From the NCBI GenBank assembly GCA_951406725.2, contig OX597834.1:6882001-6946000 (forward strand): DNA of 64,000 nt, written 5' to 3'. The translations under genes and the position numbers were made by a program. The notes under the pieces were generated by a model, which searched no databases, was not told the DNA's origin, and saw only the letters and a list, made by a program, of their open reading frames with translations. This DNA comes from Octopus vulgaris. Taxonomy: Eukaryota. Below are positions 28,567 through 42,800 of this stretch, piece by piece (the first letter of the stretch is position 1; each line of letters starts with the position of its first letter).

Positions 28567-28848
28567 TTATGAGTTAGAGGGGTTTAATACCTCTAAGGGA
28601 TAATTAAATTCAGAGTCACTCCTGGTTATTACCTGGGTAGGTGCATTCTTATGTAAGGTTGTATGGTAGCAAGTGGTTCGGCTGGTAAACCGAAGTCGAG
28701 GTTATTTAGGAGAAGAAAACGGATATAATAACTTTGGGAACTCATGGTTTTCTGGTATGTCTTTAATTAATTGTTATCTAATTAATTAAAGACATACCAG
28801 TGAAAAACCACGAGTTTCTCAATGTTATTATATCCATTTTCTTCTCCG
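28565..28848 (-). mobile_element. Fold-back element in (TA)n
   Basis: Arms 28709-28772/28779-28847; tail on the left with CAAGTGGTTC motif. Confidence 0.7.
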
Positions 28849-28873
28849 ATATATATATATATATACACACAGA

Positions 28874-29073
<200 letters not shown>

Positions 29074-29074
29074 T

Positions 29075-29310
29075 AATTTGAAACTGACTTGAAAATTGGA
29101 AGTACCTAAGATTGTCGATCAGGACAAGAAACAATTGTAGTGGCGGTTTTGACTTTTTATTAAAATTTTATGTATTGATTAAGTCTTTCCTTGTTTGTTT
29201 TGCAAAATAGTGGTTTTGTCTCTAATAATATATATAATATTTTACTATAAAATTGGATAATCCTAAATCTGATTTTTTCCCTGTAATTTGGATTTATATC
29301 CTAATATTTA
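29075..29310 (+). mobile_element. Longer non-inverted member of the 231-508 family with a decayed hammerhead (29104-29141)
   Basis: AC-CTAAGA-TTGTC gatcag GACAA-GAAAC-AATT-GTA-GT, then TAGTGGTTTT..ACTATAAAATT..TTTTCCCTGTAA tail and (TA)n. Confidence 0.65.
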
Positions 29311-29320
29311 TTATATATAC

Positions 29321-29397
<77 letters not shown>

Positions 29398-29400
<3 letters not shown>

Positions 29401-29620
29401 CGGAATGGTCATTTTTGCCATTTAGCCATATATATATTTGGTGTTATTTTGCTTCAGTGATATTTATTTTTTACATTAATCTTAATCTTATTAAGCAAAA
29501 TAACACCAAATATATATGCGTGTGTTTTTATAAACTGGCAAAAATGACCATTCAAATATAACAATATCTGTTTCAACACACGACTTCACATAAAAAATCT
29601 TGCACAACAAATATTTAAAC

Positions 29621-29625
<5 letters not shown>
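29398..29625 (+). mobile_element. Fold-back element in (TA)n
   Basis: Arms GAATGGTCATTTTTGCCA..TTGGTGTTATTTTGCTT (29403-29454) / AAGCAAAATAACACCAA..TGGCAAAAATGACCATTC (29493-29553). Confidence 0.65.
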
Positions 29626-29672
<47 letters not shown>

Positions 29673-29720
29673 TATATATATATGTATAATATATATATAT
29701 ATATATATATACATGTATAA

Positions 29721-29760
<40 letters not shown>

Positions 29761-29762
29761 TG

Positions 29763-29793
<31 letters not shown>

Positions 29794-29859
29794 TTATATA
29801 TATATGTATATAGATATATATATGTGTATATATATATGTGTGTGTGTATATATATATGT

Positions 29860-29890
<31 letters not shown>

Positions 29891-30046
29891 CATACATACA
29901 TATGTATGCTGGTCCTATTTTCTTTTTGAGCTTTATAACTTATAATTTATTTGTAATGTAATTAAAAAAAGAAGAAAATTTCAACATCTTTATATCATAC
30001 AAATAAATTATTCTTACATCCATTTTTCTCCATTTTCTTTCTTTCA

Positions 30047-30090
<44 letters not shown>

Positions 30091-30335
30091 GTAAGCATTA
30101 TGAATGTGAAGAAAAGCAGAAATGTAGAAAAAACAGTACTCAAATAATGGAGGCAGTGTAATAATACTTTTTATTATTATTAAAGCTGCGATGTTTTTGC
30201 CACTTTAAAAATAAAAAAAAGTACACACACACACACACACACCTATATTATATATTATGTATTATATATGATATGCATTATTATTGTACAGATATCATTA
30301 TATCACACATATTATACTATTGCATTCATTGTTTG

Positions 30336-30764
30336 AATCTGTTGATTTTCTTGTTCAGTCCTGTCATTCTCAACCATATTTCGCCCACAGCTCACTTCTG
30401 AATTGAACTTATCTCTGTTACTCAACAGATACTCCTAGTTAAAAAGCTATTTCGCTCTGAGCAGTGTTTCTTAACTGTAGCTATATCAAATACATATGTT
30501 GACAGAGGCTTATAAAACTGACAATTCTATACAAGAAAATTTGTGTATTATCCGAAAAAATAATGAAAAAATATCCTTGATTCAATCTGTTGATTTTCTT
30601 GTTCTGTCCTGTCATTCTCAACCATATTTCGCCCACAGCTCGCATCTGAATTGAACTTATCTCTGTTGTTACTCAACAGATACTCTTAGTTAAAAAGCTA
30701 TTTCGCTCTGAGCAGTGTTTCTTAACTGTAACTATATCAAATACATATGTTGACAGAGGCTTAT
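30336..30764. repeat. ~180-bp direct duplication of unique sequence (30336-30513, 30584-30764)
   Basis: Near-identical copies with a few substitutions and one 3-bp indel; ~70-bp spacer. Confidence 0.9.
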
Positions 30765-31337
30765 TGGTTTTTATTCAATGTGAGCACCATTATAAATGCA
30801 AGCTTGCAAGTGGTTTAACTTCTTATTGTAGTGGTGTGAGTAACAAGAGACAATTGTTTCTCTTTACTTTATTATCAAGGTAGCTATAAGGTTTTAATTG
30901 TGTACAAGTCACCCATGTCAACTGAATAAAGCTAGATTTAATGAGATATGATAACGGGCATTCGAATTTTGAGTATTTATGCCATTGAAATTAGGACCAA
31001 AAAAAAAATGGGTTCTGGTATAGTGAAGTTCATAAATATCTGTGGCTGGTTCAGTTGTTAGAGACAGCAGCTAAATTTCCTTCCAATACAATTTGCTGCC
31101 CTTAAAAAAGAAACGTCTTTGATAACATAGCCCTGGAAAGCATTTTGATGATGACAACGATGACACTGACGATGATGACAACGATATCACTGATGATGAT
31201 GATGATGATGAAAGTGATGACAATATTGTGCTTGTGGCACGTGAAAAACATTCGAGCGAGGTTGTTGCCAATGCTGCTGGACTGGCTCCTGTGCAGGTAG
31301 CACATAAATAGCACCATTTGACTGTGGCCGTTGCCAG

Positions 31338-31566
31338 TACCTATTTCTTTGCTACCCACAAGGGACTAAACACAGAGGGGACAAACAAGGACAGACAAAT
31401 GGATTAAGTCGATTATACCGACCCCAGTGCGTAACTGGTACTTATTTAATCGACCCTGAAGGGATGAAAGGCAAAATTGACCTCGGTGGAACTTGAACTC
31501 AGAACGTAGTGGTGGACGAAATACTGCTAACCATTTTGCCCGGCGTGCTAACGTTTCTGCCAGCTC
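31338..31566 (-). mobile_element. Family B SINE nested in a family E element
   Basis: ACCTATTTCTTT..GTTTCTGCCAGCTC interrupts the E repeats; other single B copies 41781-42012(+), 44190-44424(-), 57036-57258(+). Confidence 0.85.
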
Positions 31567-32619
31567 CAGGACCACCTGACTGGCCCTCATGCTGGTGGCA
31601 CGTAAAAGCACCCACTACACTCTCGGAGTGGTTGGCGTTAGGAAGGGCATCCAGCTGTAGAAACTCTGCCAGATCAAGATTGAAGCCCGGTGCAGATATC
31701 TGGTTCGCCAGACCTCAGTCAAAATCGTCCAACCCATGCTAGCATGGAAAGCGGACGTTAAACGATGATGACGATGATGATGATGACAATAGTAGTGGCA
31801 GTAGCAGAGAAGATGATGGTGGTGATGATCATTTATCGTTATAACTCTCATCATCATCATCATCCTGAATATATATTGTCATTCTCATCATTAATAAGAT
31901 TCTCCTCCTTCACCACATCATCCTCATCACCACCATAACCACCACCACCACCACCACCACCACCACCACCATCACCAACATCACCACCAGCAGCATCTTC
32001 ATCCCCTTCATTATGATAATCATCATTATAATTATTATGAGTTGTTGTTACCAATAATTGTCCAATAAATATTTAATAAGATGTTGATTGTAAAAAAGAA
32101 AAGCTTTATTTTAAACAGTTAACTTTATTGTTAGAATATCTAATGAATGAACATTAAATTAATTATGATAACACTGACTTAGCATATTTAATGATCACTT
32201 TCATGAAAATGGTGTGAGTAATTAACCCCAGTTATTTGGTTTTTATTTAATATGCTAATTATTCACTTCTAATTGAGTACAATATTATATAATCTGAATT
32301 GTAAATTTCTCATTAGTATTTTGGTAAGTATTTTATGATATATATCGGAATCTATGATAAACTGAGGAGGTATAATAAGGTTGAAACATAATTCAAGTTG
32401 TATCCCATGCTTGCTGAAAGGATTAGAATAATATTAGGAGTTGATGTGAAGTTGTCTTTTCTTCACCACATAATTGCATCTGGTTGTTATACTAAATGTG
32501 CAAACAATAGGTGCAGGCATGACGACGTGGTAAGATGTTTGCATCCCAACCACATGGTTCTGGGTTCAGTCTCACTGCGTGACACCTTGGGCAAGTCTTC
32601 TACTATAGAATCAGGCTGA

Positions 32620-33592
32620 CCAATAAGAGAAATGTTAGTGGGGCCCAACATGAGAATTGTTAGTGGGGCCCAATAAGAGAATTGTTAGTGGGGTCTAATA
32701 AGAGAATTGTTAGTGGGGCCCAATAAGAGAATTGTTAGTGGGGCCCCGCAGGAAATTGTTAGTGGGGCCCAATAAGAGAATTGTTTGTGGGGCCCAATAA
32801 GAGAACTGTTAGTGGGGCCCAATAAGAGAACTGTTAGTGGGGCCCAATGAGAGAATTGTTAGTGGGGGTCTAATAAGGGTTATTATTGATTTTCACACTC
32901 ACATATTACAAGTTGAGCATGTGTGTAGTGGGGCCCAATAAGAGAATTGTTAGTGGGGAGTCTAATAAGAAAATTGTTAGTGGGGGTCTAATAAGAGAAT
33001 TGTTAGTGGGGTCTAGTAAGAGAATTGTTAGTGGGCTCAATAAGAGAATTGTTAGTGGGGCCCAACAAGAAAATTGTTAGTGGGCTCAATAAGAGAATTG
33101 TTAGTGGGGTCTAATAAGAGAATTGTTAGTAGGGGTCTAATAAGAGAATTGTTAGTGGGGCTCAATAAGAGAATTGTTAGTGGGGCCCAATAAGAGAATT
33201 GTTAGTGGGGTCTAATAAGAGAATTGTTAGTAGGGGTCTAATAAGAGAATTGTTAGTGGGGCTCAATAAGAGAATTGTTAGTGGGGCCCAATAAGAGAAT
33301 TGTTAGTGGGGTCTAATAAGAGAATTGTTAGTAGGGGTCTAATAAGAGAATTGTTAGTGGGGCTCAATAAGAGCATTGTTAGTGGGGCCCAATAGGAGAA
33401 TTGTTTGTGGGGGGGTCTAATAAGAAAATTGTTAGTGGGGTCTAGTAAGAGAATTGTTAGTGGGTCTCAATAAGAGAATTGTTAGTGGGGCCCAACAAGA
33501 AAATTGTTAGTGGGGCCCAATAAGAGAATTGTTAGTGGGGTCTAATAAGAGAATTGTTGTTAGGGCTCAATAAGAGAATAGTTAGTGGCGCC
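32620..33592. repeat. ~23-bp minisatellite (CCAATAAGAGAATTGTTAGTGGGGC/T), roughly 40 units
   Basis: Direct reading; interrupted at 32878-32926. Confidence 0.95.
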
Positions 33593-35096
33593 CTTTACTC
33601 TACAAAAGCTGAAGATTGATGTTTAATGCTTCCACCATTATCTAAAATGATATACTAAAAACTGAAAGCTCATATGAAATCGTTATTGTTTTATTACAAG
33701 TTGAGCATGTGTGTACGGCCCTCTCCTGGCATGGAGTCCAATTTGAACAAATCTAATTGGTTGAAAACTGGCCCCAGCTATATCCACCTCTATTCTGCCA
33801 TTCATCATTCTCTTTCACTGAAATCAACACCATTTTTCACTTCGTATTCCTCTTATTATTTTCTTCTTTAAGGCAGGGAATTAGTAGAATTGCTCGCTAG
33901 TCAGTCCATACATTTAGAGGCATTTCTTCATTATGCTCTGAGATCGAAATCTGCTGAAATCCACTTTACCTTCCATCCTAATGGATCCAATAAAATGAGT
34001 CCTGGGATTGAACACGAGGATTGATGTAATTAACTCACCCTACAATCGTTTTTTTTTTTTTACCAAAATTTGAAATCCTTTGAAGCCATTATTGATTTTC
34101 AACCTTTCTTGATGAAGTACCAATGTCCGAAATGTAATTATATATTTTTGCATGATGTTGTTGTTCTGTTGTTGTTGTTGTTGTTTTTCATTGCTTTTTT
34201 TGTTTGATTGTTCTTCTCATGACTCATTAGTTGATAGAAGCGATATGACTGAGACAGAACAATAGGAATAAAATAGCAAAAGCCAAATAAGGAAGACAAA
34301 TTTTCAGCAATAAAATAAAGCTATAACAATAAACAGAAACAAAGACAATTGACGCATACAATGCACGTATTATATATTCTGGTAAGCATTGCTTGTCAAG
34401 TCACTTTAAGTTGTGAAAGGGCCACAAACAGAAACTAAAAAGACCACAAAGAGAGAACAAAAATATTTAAAAAAAAAAAGAAAAAGAAAGAAAAAAGAAA
34501 GAGAAGAATACAGAAAATTTAAGGAATAAAAAAATAAGTAGAAATCTAAGGCAAAAATAAATGTAGCCCTTCTTAAGAAAATATAATTCATCTTTGAATC
34601 TTTAAAAAAAAAATAGAGGGAAAAAAAAAAACCTTACTGAAACAATTTCTTTTAGAATATGTAACACATGAATGTTGTTCATAAGCAAATAGAAACAGAT
34701 TTTCTTGTCAACAAATCAAGATTGCTTCTTTTTATAAATTGAAAACCAACAAATTCCCTGCAACCTGCAGCTGTAGACAAAACTACATGTACAAAAGGTG
34801 GCAGGTCTTTTCCTTGTTTATGTATTTTTTTTTTTTGGTTTTTTTTTTGGAATAACTCTCATCCAGAGGGATGTGCCCTTTTTTTTTTATTTTCTGCAAG
34901 TTATTATTTCTTTTTTTATTTTTTATTTTTTTTGTTTCATGAACTGTCAGTAATTTTTGTTGATGTTGACATCACATATATCAATGTTGTTGTTGGTGTT
35001 GTTGTTGTTGCTGCTGTTTTATTTGTAGTGCTGCTTGTGACGGCTGCTCTTTGCTGACAGAAGCGAAAGTGTAAATATTGATACACACAGAATTTC

Positions 35097-35132
<36 letters not shown>

Positions 35133-35322
35133 GTATGTATATACACACATGCACACACATATATATATATAAAGAGAGAGAGAAAGAGAGTAAATGATGA
35201 ATATATAAGTATATATGTATATATAGATATATACATATATGTGTGTATATATATGTATAATATACATATATATATGACATATATATAATATATATGTATA
35301 ATATATATATATAAGATATATA

Positions 35323-35373
<51 letters not shown>

Positions 35374-35665
35374 GACATATATATATTATGTATATCATGT
35401 ATTTATATATATATAAATAAACATATATAGTATATATAATATATATATATGTATATAAAATATTTATAATATATGTAATATATATATATGGTATATATAT
35501 ATAATATATATGTGTATATACATACACATATATATATATATATATATGGTATATATATATATAACATATCATATATATAGAGAGACAGACATAGACGTAT
35601 AAGCATCTATATAGATGTTTATGTCTATAATGCTTGTATATCCATATAAATGTTTATAAAAAAAA

Positions 35666-35696
<31 letters not shown>

Positions 35697-36159
35697 TGTA
35701 CATACACACATAAGCACACACACACGCACACATACACACACATATATATACACACATGCACATCTATCTACACACACCCACAGACGCTTACTCTCACATA
35801 TCCTTTCACAATTTCCATTCTGCACTACATGTTGCGCAGTCAATCAAAGGTTTCAATAACATCAGGTTTTCAATGAAACGAGGTGTGCAGCGCTGACTCA
35901 ATCATTCTCCATGTTTGGAGAATAAAGACTTAGAAGTGGGACCCACGTCTCCATAACACTTGTCGGAATGGAATGGAATGGATTCTAAGAAAGAGAGAGA
36001 AAAGGAAGAGCCACCCCCAGCCACCAGCATTCATGCTTTGATGCTCTGGTGCTGAAAGATAAGCCTCATCAGGGTAGAATTGAACATGTTATAAACTGAC
36101 AGAATATATAATGAAGCTATCACACCTCTGTCAATTTGCTTACATGTTATATACATATA

Positions 36160-36380
36160 TGACGGGGTGCTGGAAGGTTCCCAGCTTTGGGTAAAAGGAA
36201 ATACAGCAGAATCAATTCTTTATGATTTTATTCAACATGTTCCCCTTTCAGATTGATTCACACACTTGTAGCAGTGGTCCTTCAGTTTTTCTAAGTTTTG
36301 TATAAAATAACTCGGACGGTTGGCCCCCCTACCAGGTCTTTTGTGATACCCTTAAAGCCTGAAACCTTTTAGCACTCCCT

Positions 36381-36383
<3 letters not shown>
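36160..36383. mobile_element. Mariner-like MITE
   Basis: Ends GGGGTGCTGGAAGGTTCC / AAACCTTTTAGCACTCCCTC; another copy 38160-38355 in the opposite orientation. Confidence 0.7.
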
Positions 36384-36433
<50 letters not shown>

Positions 36434-36467
36434 ATGTGTATGTGTATCTATCTTTTTATATAAATAA

Positions 36468-36513
<46 letters not shown>

Positions 36514-36516
<3 letters not shown>

Positions 36517-36736
36517 TATAAGGTCGTTAATTTAAAAATAAAATAACGATTTTATCAAGTGGTCAGCATGGAAAAAATAACCTTCAAATGTAATAATTAT
36601 TAAAATTATAAATTAGGGTATCTACGAGATACCACTATGCTGAAAATAGCAGCCATGATCTGATCATGGCTGCTATTTTCAGCTTGGTGGTTTTTCGTAG
36701 ATACCAAAATTTATAATTTATAATTTTGATAATCAT
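36514..36736 (-). mobile_element. Fold-back element in (TA)n with a 1-nt loop
   Basis: GCTGAAAATAGCAGCCATGATC-T-GATCATGGCTGCTATTTTCAGC centred on 36661; arms extend ~36602-36719; tail with CAAGTGGTCAGCATG. Confidence 0.8.
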
Positions 36737-36804
36737 ACATATATATATACATATATATAAATATAAATAAATATATATATATATATATATAAGATAAAAC
36801 TTAC

Positions 36805-36895
36805 TTGGTGATGGTGATGATGATGGTGGTGGTGGTGGTGGTGAAGATGATAACGATGACAGTTATAATGATGATGATGATGTTGTTGTCTTTGA
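36805..36895 (-). other. Exon-like segment with strong splice signals (His/Gln-rich frame), unverified
   Basis: Minus ttttttgttttttctAG|TCAAAG..CACCAA|GTAAGT, 91 nt. Confidence 0.2.
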
Positions 36896-37587
36896 CTAGA
36901 AAAAACAAAAAAAGTGCTGTCACATTCCAAGGAGGAAACAAATACTTTTTTTTAAATCTTAATTGATATATCTAATAATGATATTATTATTTCCCCTCGT
37001 CATTGATAACAAGAACCCATCTACTTGACAATTTGTTGATCCCTAGGGTGTAACATTCTTCAGGATTCAAAGCACTCAAGATCATCTCCAACCTCTTCAG
37101 AATTCATAAATTCTTCTCCCTCCAAACAACTCAAATAATATTTTAATGAACTGAAAAGATGATAACAAGATGATGGTGCAAGGTCAGGGGAGCAACGGCG
37201 AAGAGGCAACATTTCCATATTTAGTGCCATATTTAGTTCCTAAATGAAGGCACATGGCTCAGTGGTTAGAGTGTTGGTTCACAATCATGAGATAATGAGT
37301 TCGATTCTTGGACTAGGTTGTATGTTGTGTTCTTGAGCAAGATACTTTATTTCATGTTGCTCCCATTCAGTCAGCTGTAAAAATGTGTTGTGATGTCACT
37401 GGTGCCAAGCTGTATTGGCCTTTGCCCTTCCCATGGGTTACCATGGTAGCATGGAGAGGGGAGACTTATTCTTTGTAAACCTAGTACTTATTCTATTGTT
37501 CCCTTTTGCTCACCAACATCGGTTGTCAAGCAATGGTGGGGGAGAAAACACACAGAAACATATACATACATACATATATATCTCTCT

Positions 37588-37653
<66 letters not shown>

Positions 37654-37701
37654 AAACAAGTCAAAATAGAAAATGCTAAAATAATTTTATAAAGAACATT
37701 T

Positions 37702-37739
37702 CAGTACCGGTTTCGGTCATTTTGAGACCTTTTCAACTG
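37702..37739 (-). ncRNA. Type I hammerhead with U3-A8 core variant, in an insert (37650-37920) within the microsatellite of a family A SINE
   Basis: Minus CAG-TTGAAAA-GGTC tcaaaat GACC-GAAAC-CG-GTA-CTG; palindromic ACCGGT stem III. Confidence 0.7.
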
Positions 37740-38132
37740 TAACGATTAAATAATTAAATTTAGAAAAATTAGAAGAAAAGTTTTTTTAAAAGAATATTTC
37801 TATAGTAGTGTTCAGATTTAAGTGGCATTCTGCCTTTCTCTGACTCCCTTGTTTGCACTTGTGTGTTCGAGGTAGTTGTGAGTTCTTGGTAGGGTAGTAG
37901 AGGGAAGGCTGGTGAGGAAATATATATATATATATACATATATATATGTATGACAGGTTTATTTCAGTTTCCGTCTACCAAATCCACTCACTAGCCTTTG
38001 ATCGGCCCAAGGCTATACTAGAAGATATTTGCCCAAGGGGCTTTGCAGTGGGACTGAACCTGAGAACCATGTGGTTGGTAATCAAGCTACTTACCACAGA
38101 GCCTCTCCAGCGCCAATAGCCACACCTGCGCT

Positions 38133-38163
<31 letters not shown>

Positions 38164-38372
38164 GGGGTGTGCTGAAAAGTTCCTGCCTTTAAGGATATTG
38201 CGGAAAGCCTAGTTGGAGGTTCAACCTTCTGAATTCTTTTACAGGGCTTAGGAAAACTGAAGGACTGCTGCAATACGTGTGTTGAATAAAATCATGATTG
38301 ACCGAGCCTCCAGTATTTTCTTTTACTAAATGCCACAAACTTTTCAGTATCTCTTCATATATATATATATAC

Positions 38373-38443
<71 letters not shown>

Positions 38444-38469
38444 ACCATAATGCTTCTGTGTATATCTCT

Positions 38470-38872
38470 TTTGCTCTTTTACTCGTTTCAGTCATTTGAC
38501 TGTGGCCATGCTGGAGTATCACCTTAAGTTGAGCAAATCGACCCCGAGACTTATTCTTTTGTAAGCCTAGTACTTATTGTATCGGTCTCTTTTGCCGAAC
38601 CACTAAGTTATGGGGATGTAAGCATACCAGCATCGGTTGTCAAGCGATGTTTAGACAAACACAGACACACGAACATATGCATGCACACGTATATATATAC
38701 ATATATACGATGGGCTTCTTTCAGTTTCTGTCTACCAAATCTACTCACAAGGCTTTGGTCGGCCCGAGGCTATAGTAGAAGACACTTGCCCAAGGTGCCA
38801 CGCAGTGGGACTGAACCCAGAACCATGTGGTTGGTAAGCAAGCTACTTACAACGCAGCCACTCCTACGCCTG
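38470..38872 (-). mobile_element. Family A SINE
   Basis: Matches 2950-3365. Confidence 0.9.
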
Positions 38873-38928
38873 TATATATGTATATATATATATATATATG
38901 CATGTATGTATGTATGTGTGTATGTATG

Positions 38929-38976
<48 letters not shown>

Positions 38977-39511
38977 CATGTATGGATGTATATAGATTAT
39001 ATATATATAAAAGTGCTAACTCATTCGTATCTAACAGTTGTTTTAAGAGGTTGATTCATTTCCCTCAGCAGCAAAGGAAGTGATGCCAGTTCTCTTTGTG
39101 AATATAACTGTCATTGTATCTGAGATATATTTAATATCATCGAGTTTTTATATAGTTCCTTGGGGGAACGGCTTCTGCCAATATAGTTTTAAGATTTTAA
39201 AAATGAAAATAACAAAAATATAATAATTACTTAATTAGGGGAAGATAAATCTACATCAATAGTACATCAAAGTAAGAATTGCAATAGATATCAGCCTCAT
39301 ATTGTCTGATTATTTTCCACTCAATAACCATGTTAAGACCTAAGTCTTTTCATATACACATATATAAAATCACATATGTTTGTATGCACACACACATAAG
39401 TATACACATACACACATGTATATACATATATATATATATATTTATATAAGGATATATGTGTATATATATAAATACTTATAGAAGTATATATGTATGCAGT
39501 TATATTTATGC

Positions 39512-39551
<40 letters not shown>

Positions 39552-39764
39552 GTACGCATGTATGCATATGTGTGTGTGTGTGTTTGTGTGCATATTAAGA
39601 AACTTAAGATAAAGCGAAAATTTACTGTTTTCAAACATCCCTATGTTGAAAATTAAACAGATACACACACATATACACACACATACATATGCATATATAC
39701 ATACATACATGCACACACACATATGTATATTGTACAATACAAGCAAGTTGATATGAAATGTTTG

Positions 39765-39802
<38 letters not shown>

Positions 39803-42800
39803 CACACACATGCACACACACAAATACACTCATATATATGCATACATATATATATATATATCTTTACACAGATCTATATGTTTATATATACAGATATGTC
39901 TGTGTATATAAGGATACATTATGATGTCTATATTGTATAGTATTTTGATATATATACATATAGATATATATATATATAAGTATACACACACACATATATA
40001 CATATATGTGTGTGTTTGTGTATGTGTATTTACACACATACACAGATAGATAGACAGATAGATAGATAGATATGTGTCTATATCATTCTATGTATAAGAA
40101 GTTGGAAAAAGTGTTGCAACTATACCTACAAAACTCAAATGCTATAACCCCTGTTAAAATCATATTGAAATACATGAAGCAAACATCAACTCTTTGACTG
40201 TCCAAATGAACTACACACCAGCAGCCTGTCTGGAAGTTCATCCTACATATACCAAATTATATCATATACACCGGTACTAAATCTCCCCACCTCTGTTCGT
40301 CACTAAATTGTATTTACTCATTTGATTCGTAATTTGTGACATTTTTCTATGTGATGTTTAATTCTCCTTTGTATCATCATGAAACTGTACTCGGTTCCCC
40401 AGTAAATATATTTAGAATACTAAGCACTCAACTAAGTGTTATAATATATCTCATATAATGGTCATTCTTTTTATACCATTGTGCACATCAATCAAATACT
40501 TTAGTTGAAAGAAATGAGATGAGGTTATATTTGGTACAATTGATATAAGTAAATTAAAGCTACTTTTCTGTTCACCCGACAGCACAAAAAATTACTGGAA
40601 TGAATGTAATTTTGGCTAATAATGGATCAGATTTATAATTTGGGGAAATGTTTCCACTGTTATGTCAGAAGAAAGTAGTGTTGCAAAGGTTTTGGCAACC
40701 TTTATATTTCCATAGGAAGTATGAACAAAGTTTTTAACAAACACTATTCCACAGTGTAAGATAACACTGTTGCATTGAATATAAATAAGCTTTGTTATTG
40801 AATCATGTTACTGAAGTCTTCAATAACAAAAGGAATTCGTTAACCACATTTTGATAAAAATATATTAAAATTGAAATTTATAAGAATTTTCTAGACAAGG
40901 TAGATTTTAATAATATTTTTCTTTCAATAAAAGTTGCATATTTCAGACTAATAACCAGCTTTCATTATTATCATATAGATATATTTAAAGTAGAAGATAG
41001 TAAAAAGTGGCAGCATAATTTATTGGATTCAAACAACATGTCTATTGTAAGCTGAATACCATTTTTAACCACTGTACCAGGGTGACATTAGAACTTAACC
41101 ACCTACATTTTGAGATGAGGCTATAACACACACACACATGCGAACATGTATGTGTGTGTGTGTGCTTTTATGTGTATATATATGTCTAATATTCATTCTT
41201 TTATACAGAAAATACTTATACTTATCACATCCTAGCAGATATATGCAGAACTGATGCAGTTCCACACACGCATACACATATACATATACACTCAGACATA
41301 CATGTTTATACAGATGTATATATTTACATATGCAAACAGGAATAATATGGATTTTATGCAGACGTTTTTATGTACTTTTGTTTTTTTCCATTTCCACACA
41401 AGGCAAATGGAATTTTCTATTATCTACCTGGAATAAATGTTTCATATATTTGAACAACAATTTGTATTTCGCGTATAGCAGAATTGTGGTTATATATTTT
41501 GTGGCTATATATTATGTATACTTGAACGATAGTAAGTAGGAAGTTTATATTTAGTATGATAATGTATTGTGAGTACCAGCCTGAAATATGGTAATGGACT
41601 GTGTATATACTTGATATGCGATAATGTGTTGTATATATCAACAGTTAGATGATGTAATGTGCGTTGTAAAAGTGTCACAAGGTATTATGTGTACATTAAG
41701 CGAAATAATTTACTAGTGCTCTAAAGAAATGTGATACTTTTGTCATTGTTGAGGCTTCTACTGTTGTTGATGTTGTTGTTAAGGTGGTGAGCTGGCAGAA
41801 ACGTTAGCGCGCCGGGCAAAATGTTTAGCAGTATTTCGTCTGCCGCTACGTTCTGTGTTCAAATTCCGCCGAGGTCGACTTTACCTTTCATCCTTTCAGG
41901 GTTGATAAATTAAGTAGCAGTTACGTACTGGGGTCGATGTAATCGACTTAATCCGTTTGTCTGTCCTTGTCTGTCCCCTCTATGTTTAACCCCTTGTGGG
42001 TAGTAAAGAAATAACTGTTGTTGATGTTGTTGCTTAACCACAGGTCAGCCCTGATGGAATAAGTAAAGTCATGATCAAAGGCATTCCAGCCATGACCATA
42101 TTGTCTATTTTAAATCAATGAGCTCTAACTGAATTAGTGTTGTCTTTATTGTTGCTGTTGCTGTTGAGCGCAGCAGTCTTCATCCCAGAGTGGGAGAAGT
42201 CCGAATCGAGGTCCTTTTGCTATTCGTAAGACCCGCAGAAGAGAAAGCAGGTCAACCCCCAACACCGAGAGCATCGACGGATGGATAAATGCGCATCCAG
42301 GCTCAGCGGTTGCGTAGGAAGTTGGGGATGTCTTTGCTGTTGTTTGCTGTTGCCATTGCCATTGTTGCTTAGCCACAGGTCAGCCCTGATGGAATAAGTA
42401 AACAAAGGATCAAAGCCATTCCAGCCTTTCACTTACTCATTATTACCTATTTTAAATAAATTCTTCAAGGCTTATGTTTATCTGCACAATTGCTTCTATA
42501 CCCACTCAATTTGTCCCCTCTTATAGCCTTTCTTTACCTTGTGGAATCAAACCCCTAAAAAGACATCAGAGTTTGAATCTTTTGAGCACAACTAAGTGCC
42601 ATTTATATGGAGAATCTCTGGATCACAGCTGTGAACTAGTGTGTGTGTGTGTGGTTTCGATTCCCAGACCGGGCATTGTGTGTGTTTATTGAGCGAAAAC
42701 ACCTAAAGCTCCATGGGGCTCCAGCAGGGGCTGGTGGTGACCTCTGTCATACTCTTTTGCTCCAACTTTCTCTCAGTCTTTCTTCCTGTTTCTTGTCCCC

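Noticed and set aside
32620-33592. Possible CRISPR array
   Set aside because: Contiguous units with no unique spacers, eukaryotic context, no cas genes.
34108-34137. TTGATGAAGTACCAATGTCCGAAATGTAA hammerhead-like text
   Set aside because: Possibly a decayed motif, but stems I-III pair too poorly to call.
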